From Gnetum montanum (Eukaryota; Plantae; Gnetophyta), in assembly GCA_015680685.1 (NCBI GenBank), contig MNCI01002105.1:1-64000 (forward strand): DNA of 64,000 bases, read 5' to 3'. Numbering within the stretch: the stretch's first letter is position 1; every line of letters starts with the position of its first letter. A model generated the notes under the pieces. The model ran no database searches and had not been told where the DNA came from. It saw nothing but the letters and a program-made list of their open reading frames with translations. Shown here in pieces: positions 11,079 through 24,159 of this stretch. The translations under genes and the position numbers were made by a program.

Positions 11079-13910
11079 ATGGCACCAAAGAGAGGACCCT
11101 AAGTAGAAAGGCCTTCCCAATCTAGGGATAAGCACCCATAAGGAGGAGGTGACCAATGGTAGCAACCACAATAACTCCAAGAGCTAGCCACTGAAGAAAC
11201 CCATGCAATGGGACCACTTCAGGAGGAGTCCAAAGTGGAATTTTTTTCATATTTTTCCACAGTGAAAACATTCCAATCTAGGCAGGACAAAGCCCCTAGG
11301 CTAAGCCTTAACCTCGAAGTTACCCTTACAAAGGCTTACTTGAAGAGGATAAGATCCAACGAGGCTTAGAGTTCTATTCTCCAAGAATTGAACTTTGGAC
11401 CCTTCATAGAGTTGGCACTAGAAGAAGTTTGCATATAATTACAAGGGTCTCCCATGTGGCTTATTGTCTCCATCAATGGAGAATGGTACATGGGGAAGAC
11501 CTCCCTATTCTATAATAATTAACAAGGAGATGCATCTATGAAAATCAAAGATATCATCATCTCCTACTTGGTTGAGGCCATTCCAGAGGTTCTCAGGTTG
11601 TTCAATACTGAGGCAAAGTTGGTAGAAATTTCTATCCAAGTGAACTCTAAAGCCAAAAAGGAGTAGGTTTAGCATCACTATGGAGTGGACCATAAGGAGT
11701 ATGGTATCTTCACAAAGGCAAAGCATGCATATTTCAAGATCATGGCATATCACCTAAACTCCACAATGAGGCCAAGTAAGGTGATAGCTTTCTTTGCCCT
11801 GGCATGCACTACTTTAGGTGAAAGAATTCTAGTTAACCTTACCTAGCTCATCTATCTAGAGATAGAAAAGTGCTTCAAGGAGAATGAGAAGAGAAGGAAG
11901 ATACTTTTCTTTCTATGCCTCATTTTCAAGTTATACAAAAGAGGAGATATAACATGTGATGTTAATGATATGAGTTATCACACTCCTTCCACATCATGGT
12001 AGGAGATGATGAAGGAAAATGTAGTAGCTAAATTACAAGAGGAGGAGAGGACACCACCACCACCACCTATAGGAGAAGCTAAACTAGAGGTTTTTACAGT
12101 TGTTGAAAGACTTCAAAAGCTTCGTGAGCTATAAATCAAGTAGTAATAAGGCTTAGCAGGTGATGGAGAACCCTCAATTTATCATCTAGTCTTCATCCAT
12201 CTTAATGAGGTCACCAGGATCATCAATTAGTTGGACCAAGAAACTATCTTGTTATTCTCAGATTGAAATAACTAGACACCTACAAGATTAAATCCAAGTT
12301 CCTAAGAAGTCACAATGTCCATTCTTGAACAAAAATTCCTTGAAATTTTAGGGAATGCTACAACTTTCTCTATTCTATTCAAGGAAGATGAGGGGACAAC
12401 TATCTTGGTCATGCAACATAAAGGCCAAGAGACAGCAATGGAAGTGATGGCCAATAGAATGGTTGAAGCCTTGAATGCGCCAGTAGCAACCATACCAAAA
12501 TCAGCATCATGGCAAACGTCTAAGCATCTGCACAAGGAAAGAGTGGTTGATTAAGTACTATCTAATATGAGGAAGTGTTGGAATGACTAGTGGAAGCTAG
12601 GAAACCTCTTCTAGATATCTTCGATGTCCCATATGAGATCACTATAATCCAAATGCAACTACTTGAGATAAAGGGAAAATTACTCATTGCTAATGCCCAA
12701 CTAGAGGCAACCATCACTGACAATCAATGGTTGGTTGTTGAGGTTGTAGAATTGCAAGCCCATCTCTTCGAGAGCTCATAAGGGATAAATATTTTCAATA
12801 GCTTCAACATAGACTACAAGAGGTTCAAAATGTGAAGGAAGTGGTGATCTTTGATGCATCCTTGTAGAAATACATGACCTTCAACACTAATAAGGACTTG
12901 TCACAAGTTTGTTAAAAAAAATTGGTCTTAACAACAAACAATCATTACCTATGAAATGTTGAGGAGTAAAAGGACCAAATGATCAAATTTATTCATCAAT
13001 AATAGAGCAACTAGCCAAGATTAACCTTGATCTAAGAAGGTTGGTAGCAAAGAATAAAAATCTCTTGATGGAGGAAGTCCATGTGCTTTGCTAGAAGTTA
13101 GTCATTGAGGTAGCCACATGGAATAATGAGGCCCTTAAATTTGAATGAGTAGATAACCATTACAAGTACTTTGTTGGAATCCTCAAAGAAGTTAATGAGA
13201 AAGAAATTTAGCTAATGAAGGACAAGATGAATGAGATCCTCTAGCAACTCTAATAATGAGACATTGTGTGGTAGCTCATCTTTGATGGATTGAACACATA
13301 TAACAAGGTAGAAATTCACCTAAGAAAGTTGTAGATTGAGGAGATAATAAAATACATGGATTTTTCCAACCTCCACTATGCAAACCTAGCTATGCTAACA
13401 TTATGAAGACTAAGGATAGAGTTGGAAAAACAAGTGGTTAATTTCTACCTCCATATGAGGCAAAATTCAAGCATCACAAGGTGACAAAACAATAGTTGGA
13501 GAAGGCCAATGTAAAACTTAAGGTTCTCAAAAGTAAATTCACTAATCAATAATTAGTCATTGAGAACCTAGTTAGAAGGATGAACAACTACTATGAGTTG
13601 TAGAACCTAGTAAAGACATTTGACATTGAACATAAATAGGTCATGGCATGGTTCATCAACATGAAGAAATTGTTTCCTTTGATGTTATGCCTATGGGACA
13701 TCCTTGTACCAGCCCACATCGATGAAGCCGTGTAGACTACCTATGACTCATGTTACAAAGAAGAAAAGATGAAGGCATTACTGGATTCTTTCAAACTTAT
13801 TCCAACAGCAACAGTAGCAACAAGATAGCCTTAACCACCAACAACACTAAAACCTGGTGAAAAACCTTCAATACCATAGGAGCCTCAACCTCCTAACACT
13901 CTTTGAGAAT
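11079..13910 (+). pseudogene. Degenerate Athila env-like / ORF-1-type accessory protein with a long predicted coiled-coil C-terminal half
   Basis: Starts MAPKRGP. Contains ..ILVNLT*LIYLEIEKCFKENEKRRKILFFLCLIFKLYKRG.., matching the 'INVG.LI...I....L.FP.LIT.LC' pattern of Athila accessory ORFs. E/K/L-rich from about 12600-13650. Lies between pol and the 3' LTR. Confidence 0.7.
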
Positions 13911-14116
13911 TCATCATGCCTCTGGTAACCTTACAAGCACATGCTACAATTTTTGTAAAGTGTTCAATTTTGCTGTAATGGACACTAATTTTTGGTATCT
14001 TGTACAATCTAGAATTTAGAGTTAGTATAGTCAGTTGGTCAATCTATTTGTTTATCTTCTAGCTAATAAATTCCATACTTTACAAAATTTTGTAAGAAGC
14101 TTAATCTTACTTTTGT

Positions 14117-14153
14117 TCACTAGAGAACAAGCTTTTAGTTAGTCATGGAGGTA
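14117..14153 (+). promoter_or_regulatory. 3' PPT region of A
   Basis: CACTAGAGAACAAGCTTTTAGTTAGTCATGGAGGTA resembles the Athila GCTTGAGGACAAGC...GGGGG block and abuts the 3' LTR. Confidence 0.65.
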
Positions 14154-15076
14154 TAATGAGTCATAATTAGATAAGTTGCATTGATGGGCATGCATTAACA
14201 TAGCCCTATCGTCATATCCCCATCAATGCATGGTTAAATGCATTGATAGAGATGCATCAATGCTAATGCATCGACGTTGATGCATCAATGTTGACATAAG
14301 AAAGGCCTATGTAACTGAGTGCACAAATCACATTTATGACATCTTAGATTCATAGCATAGCAAAGCCCCTATAGTTTCATTTCTCTAGAGCTAGAATATT
14401 TTTTTCTTAGTGCTTGCAATGTAAATTAAAGAGATTATACAATGCTTATTCAAACACCATGTACCTGAATGCATTGGTATGAATGACAATAAAGTCAAGA
14501 TTTCTAATATTCATTGTAGCGCGTAGACTAGATTACTCTTTACATTCAACACTTTAATTTCAATGCAATTTACATTCATGGTTTTAATTAATTAATATAA
14601 TTAATCATAAAAAATGTCAGTGTAACCACTTACAAGCATGACATATTACACTTGGTAATTCCAGTAGTAGCCATTTGATATGCCCTGAATAGCCACTTGG
14701 TAACCCAATAATGTTGATACTAGTTCAAGATGTGTACGATAAGTGAGAATAGTTGCGTTACATTAAGATAGTTAGTTACCAGATTAGTTAAGTAGTTAAA
14801 TAATTAACTGTTAAATCTTCATTTATTCATCTAGCTACTAGGATAAAAATATATAAAAATACTTATAAAAAATAAACATCATGTGTCTTAACTCACATTT
14901 AACAATACATATTGATAGCATAAGTGTGAGTTAGGAAAACACGAATCATACAACCCCTTACCTTACAATTTAATCCTATAAGAAACTTAGGAACTAAGTC
15001 TATAGAATTTGACAAAATGGCTAGTGAACACTTGTGATTTGTATGGTTAGATGAAGGGGATACTTGCTACTCATCA
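14154..15076 (+). repeat. 3' LTR of element A
   Basis: T(A)ATGAG...CTCATCA; colinear with 1962-2800. Confidence 0.9.
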
Positions 15077-15361
15077 ATTGTCATAGCTCTTATATCTTCA
15101 CCTATGGTCCCTTGATTCATATCTTCTAGGTTTGGAGAAGGTCCTAGGCTTTGAGGCCCTTCTTGTTCTAGGACTTGTTCCATCCCCTCTAGGATTGTCC
15201 ATAATAGTTGAATGTAGTGTTTGATAGTAAGGGTTAGAATGGGCATACGAGACTCGTGCTTGCAGTGGTTCATTCCAATTCTCTTCAATATAGATCCTAT
15301 CATTACTTCTATTAGTGTTCTCATCGTGTGATAGACTATACACCTTATGTGAAGGAGACAT
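15077..15361 (-). pseudogene. gag: 5' end of B gag (MSPSHKVYSL...)
   Basis: ATG about 110 bp downstream of B's PBS; continues across the TSD into 1961-1. Confidence 0.55.
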
Positions 15362-15474
15362 GCTTTTATTTAATAATTTGTGTGTATTAAAATATTAATT
15401 TTTCTTAAAAGATATGTCATTGCTTATTTTACAGTAATCATTTATAATATAACTAATCTAGATAACTAGTATCA

Positions 15475-15492
15475 TCCCTGGCAATGGTGTCA
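15475..15492 (-). promoter_or_regulatory. PBS of element B (tRNA-Asp type)
   Basis: Minus strand TGACACCATTGCCAGGGA, next to the LTR end. Confidence 0.8.
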
Positions 15493-15493
15493 A

Positions 15494-16418
15494 TGATGAG
15501 CAACAAGAATTTTCTATGCCCAACCATACAAATTGCAAGCATTCATATACAATTTAATTGAATTCTATGGATGAAACTAATGTGGTATCTACATTATTAA
15601 CCATTAATCATAAGTCACTACCTTCTCACTTGGACTAGTCGTAGTTTCATCATATATGATTTAGTCCAAAGTAAGATGTATGATTATTAATGTTATTGGG
15701 GTCTTAAACTAACTAAATAATAATGTAGAAATTAATTATTTAATCTAATTAATAATAAAATTAAATCTAAACTATCTTAAGGATGATAAGTGTCTATTCC
15801 CAACTTGTCGTACACATCTTGAACTCACATATCCACTACTGGGATTACCAAGAAAATACATGTTTATGCTTTAAATTGGTCACACTCATTCTACCAATTG
15901 ATTAATATGCATGTAAATGTAAATATTAACAAAGTACATGGAAAGTAAATTGCATTGGAAGTAAATCTATTCTAAGTCAAAGTGCTACAATGAATATGAA
16001 TCAATCTCGATTTTATTAGCATTCATGGAATGTATCTAAGTATAATGCCACTTGAATAAGATGTTATACAACTAACTTAAATCCATGTTGTGGGCACTTG
16101 CTAACTATTTGTAAAGATTATGCAATAAAACTGAAAGAGTTTAGCTATACTATTAATCAAATGGTTTCAAATACACAATGGGTGCTCACATATTTATAGA
16201 TAAATATAGACAGTACATCAATAAGGATCCATTAACTCATTTGGATATGTCACTGAGGATGCATCAACATAGCTAAGTTATAATAGATGCAATATAGCAT
16301 CTATGATATAGCAAATGCGATGTAGCAGACAACTAAGATGCATCAACGAAGATGCTACAGTGTAGATGCAATGTAGCATCTACAATATAGCATTTACGAT
16401 ATCTCAGTTGATTAATAT
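15494..16418 (-). repeat. 5' LTR of element B (U3 end probably truncated by C)
   Basis: Reverse complement is homologous to the LTRs of A and C. TATA (TATAAAT) near 16190-16198 on the minus strand. Confidence 0.75.
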
Positions 16419-17277
16419 TGATGAAGTATTAAAGTTTCATATTGATGTGGTGTTGCCCTATTGAACAGGCTACATCGACGTAGTGTTTGCTATGTTTATG
16501 AGGCCCCATTAACATAGCTCCATAATAAAGTCTACAAATACACACTCACCAGCCATGTTTATGGATGTCATATGATAGTTGTAGTAGAGCTCTTGCAATT
16601 TTATCATTTGAAAGTTAGAATATTTTTTTGCATGCCTATAGTAGGATTTAGAAAGTGTACGAATCTTTATTCGAGCACATAACTGAGCATACTAGTGTGA
16701 ATGACAATAAAGATGAACTTTTTGATCAAACCTTGTAGCACTTGGAATATATTAATGATTTATTTCTGCATTTACTATTTTCATTAATTATGAAATTAAT
16801 TAATATATACTAGATTTTAATTGATTAATTAATTAAGCTAAATAGATTTAATACATAAGTACGATTACTTCGAGCATAACATACAACACTTGATACTCCT
16901 AGAACTGCTTAACGCTTGGTAACCCAACAGTGTTGTATGTGTTCAAGACATGTATGGAAAGTGGGATCAAATGCTTATGTTAGGATAGGTATTAATTAGC
17001 AATTAGATTAGTTAAATTGGTTCATAAGCTAAGTTTCAACTTGTTGTTAATAATAGAAAAATAAAATATAAAATAATAAAAATCATGTGTCTCAACTACA
17101 CTTAACCATACAACTAAGCTCCATAAGTGTAGTTGGGAAGACAACGATCATGATAATTAGATTTCATGTTCTAGCACTAGTGTATGTGGGAACTTAAGGT
17201 CTCTAGAATTTGATCAAATTGTGCTTGAATGCTTGTAATTCGTATGGTTGGGCATAGGGCATACTTGCCACTCATCA
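16419..17277 (+). repeat. 5' LTR of element C
   Basis: Homologous to A's LTR and of similar length (859 bp vs 839 bp). Followed by a PBS. The left boundary is inferred from TGATGA. Confidence 0.75.
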
Positions 17278-17429
17278 TTGGTGCCATTTCTTCGGATCTT
17301 TAGTTTGTTACATGTGCTATCTAGGATTTAGTGAAAAATTATTCAAGATTTTTGAACAAACCCTAAAGTCATCTCATACATTAAAATAACTATAACACTT
17401 ATAAGAAAGCACACTGCATTTTTTGTCTT

Positions 17430-20400
17430 CTAATACAAGCTGTCTTCTTCTCACGAGAGTGGTTCTCCATCCAAGTCTAACAGAGTAAATCAGTAGGTGC
17501 CCCAGCAATATAGAGTGATATATGCTCATACTAATGACTATATACCCAATTTCACATTCATCCTACATCAAGATGAACTATTACGAAGGCGAGACATGGA
17601 GGGAAACATTATGTTGTAGCATGATTGATCCATTCTTGCAATGCTTCAACAAAATTTATGTATTTGGGCATCCAAGGGCTTTATGTTGAATATGTTGTGT
17701 AGGATAGTAATGCCAAGGATTATCATCCCACCAATGCACAATGTCCAAGGGATCAATGGCTATAGTAGCATTATGAATCTATGAAGGGGAAGTGGTCCAA
17801 TGATTCCTCATTCTTGATGTACCAAAAAGATGGTGGAGAACCCTTATCTAGGGGTTTTCCATTTAGAGAAACTCCTCTCTTTGACTTTGATGAAGGAGGT
17901 CAAAACAAAAACTTGCAATCCACAATACATAATCTTGGTTCTAGCAAGAATGAATCCCATGAAAAAGGGGGATCCAAAAAGGAGATTCATGGTAGGGATG
18001 TGGGTAAGTAATATGATCATGATCATGGCTACAACTACTAAAGAGGGGGTGGCAGGCACCATGATGATGTTATTCCTTCTTCTTCTTCACCTTTGTTGTC
18101 ATCCGCTTCCTCTTCTAGCTCTAAACATAATTGTAGGGGATGTGATCGTGATGAATGTAACTGATGGAACTAAGATGATCATAAGGACCATCAAGTAAGT
18201 CAAGATTTAAGGCATGGGCATTCAAGAGAGGCCCATCACCATGAATGAAGGGGTAGTAGAGGGCATCATAGGCACCAAGATCATGGTTGCAATGTGCCTT
18301 TATGCAATACCCAAAGTATGCTAAACATCGCAAAGCTAGTAAGAATTTCGACAAGGCACATAAAGAATAGCTGAATGAAGAGGCTAGATATGAACAATAT
18401 CTCAAATTTCAAAGGGAAATATAACTCAGATCCATAGAATCATCTTTAGGCTTTCCACGATGCTTGTGCATTGCAAAATATAGAAAACAACTAGCAAAAG
18501 CTTAAGTTATTTCCTAGGATACTCATTAAAGAAGTAGAAAGCTGGTACTAGTCCTTGGAGCTAGAATCAATCCATAGGTAGAGTATGATGCTTGAATTGT
18601 TTAATGACAAATATCACTTGTACTCCCAAGTGTCAAACTTGAAGAGGCAGATCCAAAGATGGAAGCAAGGAACACATGAGTCGTTGGATGCTGTCATGGA
18701 TAGATATTATTCTCTATTGCATAGATGTCATAGCCATGGCTATTCTCAATAGGAACAACTTTGCCATATCATAAATGGGCTCCAACCAAAAATGAGAAGA
18801 ACTCTTAGAGTTTATGCCCAAGGGTAATTGTTAGAGTTAAAAGCCCATCAAATCCAAAGGTTGATTAAGCAAGTAGCAAAAGAAAAAGAAGAGTTAAGGA
18901 AACACAAAAATGAAAAAGAATATAATTTTGAACCTTCAATTTGCAATAGTGGGGTTTGATTTTATGATAATGAGAAGGAATCAACACTTGATGAGGTGGT
19001 GAATTGGAAAACATTACCACTTCAAAAATTTACCTCTAAAATTTTGACTAAGGTAGATAAGTTATGGGACTCTATGAATAGAAAATTTTAAGTTCTCCTA
19101 AAAATTGTTGAAGAGTACAAAGAACAAAGTTGTGATCATGACTACAAGAGGTGAAAGGAATATGAACATGACAATCAAAGGAGTAAGGGAAAGATTGTTG
19201 TAGTAGATGAAGTTGTGGAAATTGAATCAAATGATGATGGTGGATGTGACATCTGCCAATATGAATATCCTAAGGGATGTTGCCCCATCGTGTTACACTT
19301 ACAAGAGTCTAGGTTGTATGCTCTAACTCCACAACTAGAAAAAAGATAAATACCTAGATGAATGTCTTATACTCAAGGCAATCCTAGGTAGTTCCATCAA
19401 TAATAACAATATTATCCAAGTGGAACTCCACTACAACCATATGAGCAGTATTAATAGTGGCACCAACCATAGTCACTTGGGATGCCACCACCAAGGTAGA
19501 GATACCCTTACAAGTAGCTAGATCCATATGGGCATTACATTTAGCAACCCTTGTCTTCATGTGACTCTTCTAGTCATGTTTCTTCTTTCCAATATCACTA
19601 CTACCCTCCCAAATGATATAGAGCTCATTCTCGACATTCCAAGAGGGATACCACTTTCTATCCTTATTCTCCTTCTATTCCTGCACCTATTCCTCCATTC
19701 TTAATGCAACTACTACTTACTACATCCATGTAGGATGAAATTCTAGCTTAGCCATAGCAAAAAAATGCTACTAGGACCATCAATCTACAACTGGTTCATC
19801 AATCGAGTGGTTCAAAACCTCATGCTCATAAAAGACCATTCTACTAATCCAACAGCCCTACTAAGCCCTCACAAACTCAGGCAGTTGGTCACCCTACTCC
19901 TACCTCATCCTCTGAAAACCATTCCATTGGGTCCCCTTCAAACCAAATGCTACCAAAGATCTTTACTATTATGTTCACTCATGTCGTATCTAATTGGATC
20001 CAAGTTAGTAACATTTCTAGGAAATTAGCCAATCCTGGAAGTCCTCTTATCTATTTACAAATTGTTAAGAATGAACCATGTAAAGCACTTCTTGATTTAA
20101 GTTACAATGTGAACTTGATTTCTCATGAGATGTATACTACTTGGAACCTATCACCTCTCAAAAGGAGCAATATCCAATTGGAATTGGTAGAGCAATCCAT
20201 TACTATTCCATTGGGACTAGTAGAAAACATTATAACCACCATCTATGGGTGGTTTGATCTTGTCAATTTCCTAGTAATCAAGGTTGAGAACTACAAAGGG
20301 AACTTCCCAATCATTATAGGAAGGACATGGCTAAGCACTATTGATGCAAGAATGGACATCAGAGATCTTTCCCTAGAGATATCTAAGGCAAATGCATTTG

Positions 20401-23400
20401 AAAAGATCAAGAAAAAGTGGGTTCCATGCATTGCATACAGTGATATAGGATGAAATTACATGCAAAAAATTTGATCTATGAAATGATCATCTATTTCTAC
20501 ATGCAGGTAGTGTGCACATGAAGTAAATATTCAAGGTTTTCTATACGTAGCAGCCACAAAGAAAGAGGGCACCTTCTAGCTAATTGTTGATTTTGATAGT
20601 AACACAATGTGCATGGAACCTACTGAGAGCCTAAAATGCACTTATGTTGTAGGCATGGATGAACTAGAGCAAGTTCATCACCAACTCTTTGATAATGAAA
20701 ATGATGATACCACTTAGGGGGAGTTGGAGATTCCTAAGAATTTCAAACAAGAGCCCATAGAGTTGAAAGCTCTACCTACTAGCCTAGAATATGCATATAC
20801 ATTCTTGAAAAATGGCAAGCTGGTCATACTTAATGCTAAACTTTCTCTTAAGTAAAAAGTAAAACTATTGAAAGTGATCAACAGATGGCAACAACATTTT
20901 CTTGGTCATATCGTAAACTTACTGGAATTAATCCATGGATGTGCCAGCACTACATTTATACTAATTCATCCATGAAGCCAAGAAGACAACTATAATAGTG
21001 GTTGAATCCAAAATTGAAGCAAATCATCAAAGAGGAGATTGAGCAACTCCTTAAGGTAGGGTTCATCTACACCATTTCAGATAGCAAATTGGTCAATCCA
21101 CTCATGATAGTGCCAAAGAGAGATGGCAAATGGAAACTTTGTATCAATTTTAGGTTGTTAAACATGGCAACATTCAAAGATCATTTTCTATTTCCATTCA
21201 TTAATTAGGTGTTGGAAACCATATTTGGGCATTACTATCATAGTTTTTTGGATGGTTATAGTGGCTATAACCAAATCCAAATCATGCTAGAGGATCAAGC
21301 TAAAACAACATTCACGAGTCCTTGGGGGACTTTTTCATATCACATGATGCCTTCTGGTCTATACAATGCTCCTGCCACTTTTTAATGCCTGATCTTAAGC
21401 ATCTTTTAGCAGCAAATTGGTAGTGGAGTGGAAGTCTTTATGGATGACTCTCTACATATGATGCTATGTTCAAGAAAGCCTTGGTCCACCTTGAGCAAGT
21501 AATAAAAAGATGTATGGAAATAAATTTATGGCTCATTTGGCAAAATAGCCATCTCATGGTCCAAGAAGGCATTGTATTGGAACACAGAATTTCATAGGAA
21601 GGGATCGAGGTAGACCCTAAAAAGATAAGGATCATCCAAGGAATGACCCGCCAACTAGAAATCATCAAAGATGTTCAGTCATTCCTTAGACACAATAGCT
21701 ACTACTAGTGATTTATAGAAAATTTCTCTAAGATCGCAAAACCATTTGTCAATTTCACAAAAAACGATGCTCCATTCATCTAGACTAAGAAATGCAAAAA
21801 TGCATTCCAAAGCCTCAAGAAAAAGCTCATAAATACTCCAATTCTATGAGCACATGATTGGTCTAGACCATTTCATATAATGACAAATGCATCTAATTAT
21901 GTCTTGGGAACCATGCTTACATAGTTGGATGATAAGAAATGTCCATATGACATTCACTATGCTAGTCAAAGAATTGTGGATGCATAGTTGAATTACACCA
22001 TCACAAAGAAAAAACTAATAATGGTGGTGTATGCTCTAGAAAAGTTTAAGCACTACATGCTTAGATAAAGTGTTTATGCAAACTGATCACAGTGTCATCT
22101 ACTTCATCTTGAACAAGCCAATGGTGAGCCCCAATGTCATATGATGGCTACTGATCTTGCAAGAATTCAATCTTACAATGGTACATCAAAATGGAATTGA
22201 GAATGTGGTGATTGATCACTTGTCTCGGTTACGATGGGATAGAAAAGAGAAGAAAAGCCCACTCTAAGACCAATTTTCTAATGAACTTCTCTTTACTAGT
22301 GTAATAAGTGAATAAGTGCCCATGGAACCAAAATGGTATGTTGACATCCTCACTTATCTTCTCACTCATGAGATGCCACAAGATCTAGACTATAGGAAGA
22401 AACAACAATTTCTTCATTAGGCTAAGTACTTCATGGAAATCAATAGACACCTTTACAAGTTGTATGCTAATGGCCTAGTTCATTGGTGTGTACCTCACAT
22501 AGATCAATTATGCATTCTCCAAGATGATCATGAGGGTCCTTGTGGGGGCCTCTATGCATAGAGACACACGATGATAAAAATCCTAATGACAAGATACTAT
22601 TGCTCCATAATATTTAAGAATGTCAACCAATTTGTCTAGTCTTGTAAGCGTTGTCAATGAGATGGTGGGATGACTACATGAATGGAAGATCCACAACAAT
22701 GGATGCAACCACTAGAACCCTTTGACATATGACACATTGACTTCATGGATTCCATCATATTCATGTCCAATGGAAAGACATATATAATTGTCACCGTTGA
22801 TTACTATACAAAATGGGCAGAAGTAGCAGCCATCACCAACTATATATCATCCACTGTTGCTTGATTAACATAACAAAATGTTGTGAACAAGTTTGGAGTG
22901 CCATATGAATTGATTTCTGACAAAAAACCCATTTTATAGATGCTACTTTTTGAAAACTCATGCAACGCTTGAGGGTTGAACAAAAACTAACAACACCCTA
23001 TCACCCCTAAGCCAACGATCAAGCAAAGGTTACTAATAGGGAGATCATAAGGATTCCATAAGAACTATTAGGAAATATAGGAGAGACTAGAGAACAAAAC
23101 TCAACAATGCCCTTTGGGCCTACTACTCAACATGGAAACTCCCTATTGACTACTCTCCCTACTAGTTATTGTATAGAAAACTTCCAACACTCCCAATTTA
23201 ATCTAGGCTCTATACACTTTTAATAGCCTTTGACCTTGACCTTAACCTAAGTTTGGCACAAAAAAAAAAAGACTAATCAACCTAAATGTACTAGACAAAA
23301 ATTGATTAGTAGTCCTATCCTTGAATGAAGTGCACAAAGCATTTAGAAAACAATGTCATGACCTTAGAATATGAAAAGAGAAATTTCAACCAAGAGAAAA

Positions 23401-23680
23401 GGTTCTATATTGGAATCCCACACATATTCCTTAAAAAAAATTCCAAACATTGTGGAAATGGCCTTATATAATTGATGCTACCTTTCCATTTTGGACCATG
23501 ATCATATACAAACCTAAGAGCTCAAACAAGAAGAAATTGATCAACATCCAATAAATAAAGCCTTTCCATGAACCCAAGCAAGCGAAGGCAACACATACCT
23601 TAATGCATGGACAACCATGCTTAGTTTTTTAGATCTCCTCCTTCCAACTCAGTCATGGGGGAGATGGCCATCCATGCTAA
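17430..23680 (+). pseudogene. gag-pol: Degenerate gag-pol of C
   Basis: ORF fragments PCKALLDLSYNVNLIS (protease), IVPKRDGKWKLCINFRLLNMATFKDHF and LDGYSGYNQI, VFMDD (RT), plus RH and INT motifs colinear with A. Confidence 0.92.
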
Positions 23681-24159
23681 TCATATACATAGCTCCTTAT
23701 TTTTCTAATTTTTTTTACACATTTTTATGTTTTGCAAATTGTTTATTTTAAACCTTTTTGATTTAAAATTTTTTTCCCATTTTACACCATTTTTGGTTTT
23801 ATACCATTTTTAATATATTTAAAATTTTCTTGAATATTTTACACTTTCTTATATATTTTACTTTCTTTTAGTGTGCTTTTCTAATTGTTGTTAATAAATG
23901 TGCTTTATGACAACATGACATAGTGGTGCTATAGCTATTATTAATGATGGTTTGTGCTTAATGTTTTGTTTACTAATGCCTAGTTTCTAATTTTGAATTT
24001 TTGTACTAATGAATAAGACATGGTTTCTTTTTCATGGAATGGGTAGTGAGTCCACAACATCCACCCATACAAAAACTCTATGGTTTTCCTTGTTTTTGAA
24101 GTATGAGGTCCCTTTCATTAAATAACATTTAATAAATTTATTTTAGTGACTGAAAACAT

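Larger units (their letters stand above)
1962..15076 (+). mobile_element. Full-length decayed Athila-like LTR retrotransposon A (13.1 kb)
   Basis: Paired LTRs 1962-2800 and 14154-15076 with TGATGAG...CTCATCA termini, tRNA-Asp-type PBS, gag-PR-RT-RH-INT order, env-like ORF, polypurine tract (PPT). TSD ATCAC (1957-1961) / ATTGT (15077-15081), both derivable from ATCGC by C>T deamination. Confidence 0.92.
1..16418 (-). mobile_element. Athila-like Ty3/gypsy element B (5' part: LTR, primer-binding site [PBS], gag), interrupted by element A; its LTR is cut or abutted by element C
   Basis: Minus-strand LTR end ...CTCATCA (15494) followed by PBS TGACACCATTGCCAGGGA. 1-1961 is the reverse complement of gag sequence seen in A (about 3600-5500) and C. 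The two flanks of A join up across a 5-bp TSD. Confidence 0.8.
16419..24159 (+). mobile_element. Athila-like element C (5' LTR, PBS, gag-pol), interrupted by D downstream of pol
   Basis: LTR 16419-17277 (TGATGAA...CTCATCA), PBS TGGTGCCATTTC at 17279, gag-pol colinear with A. Post-pol noncoding blocks match A (9120-9170, 9455-9540) up to about 24150. Confidence 0.88.
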
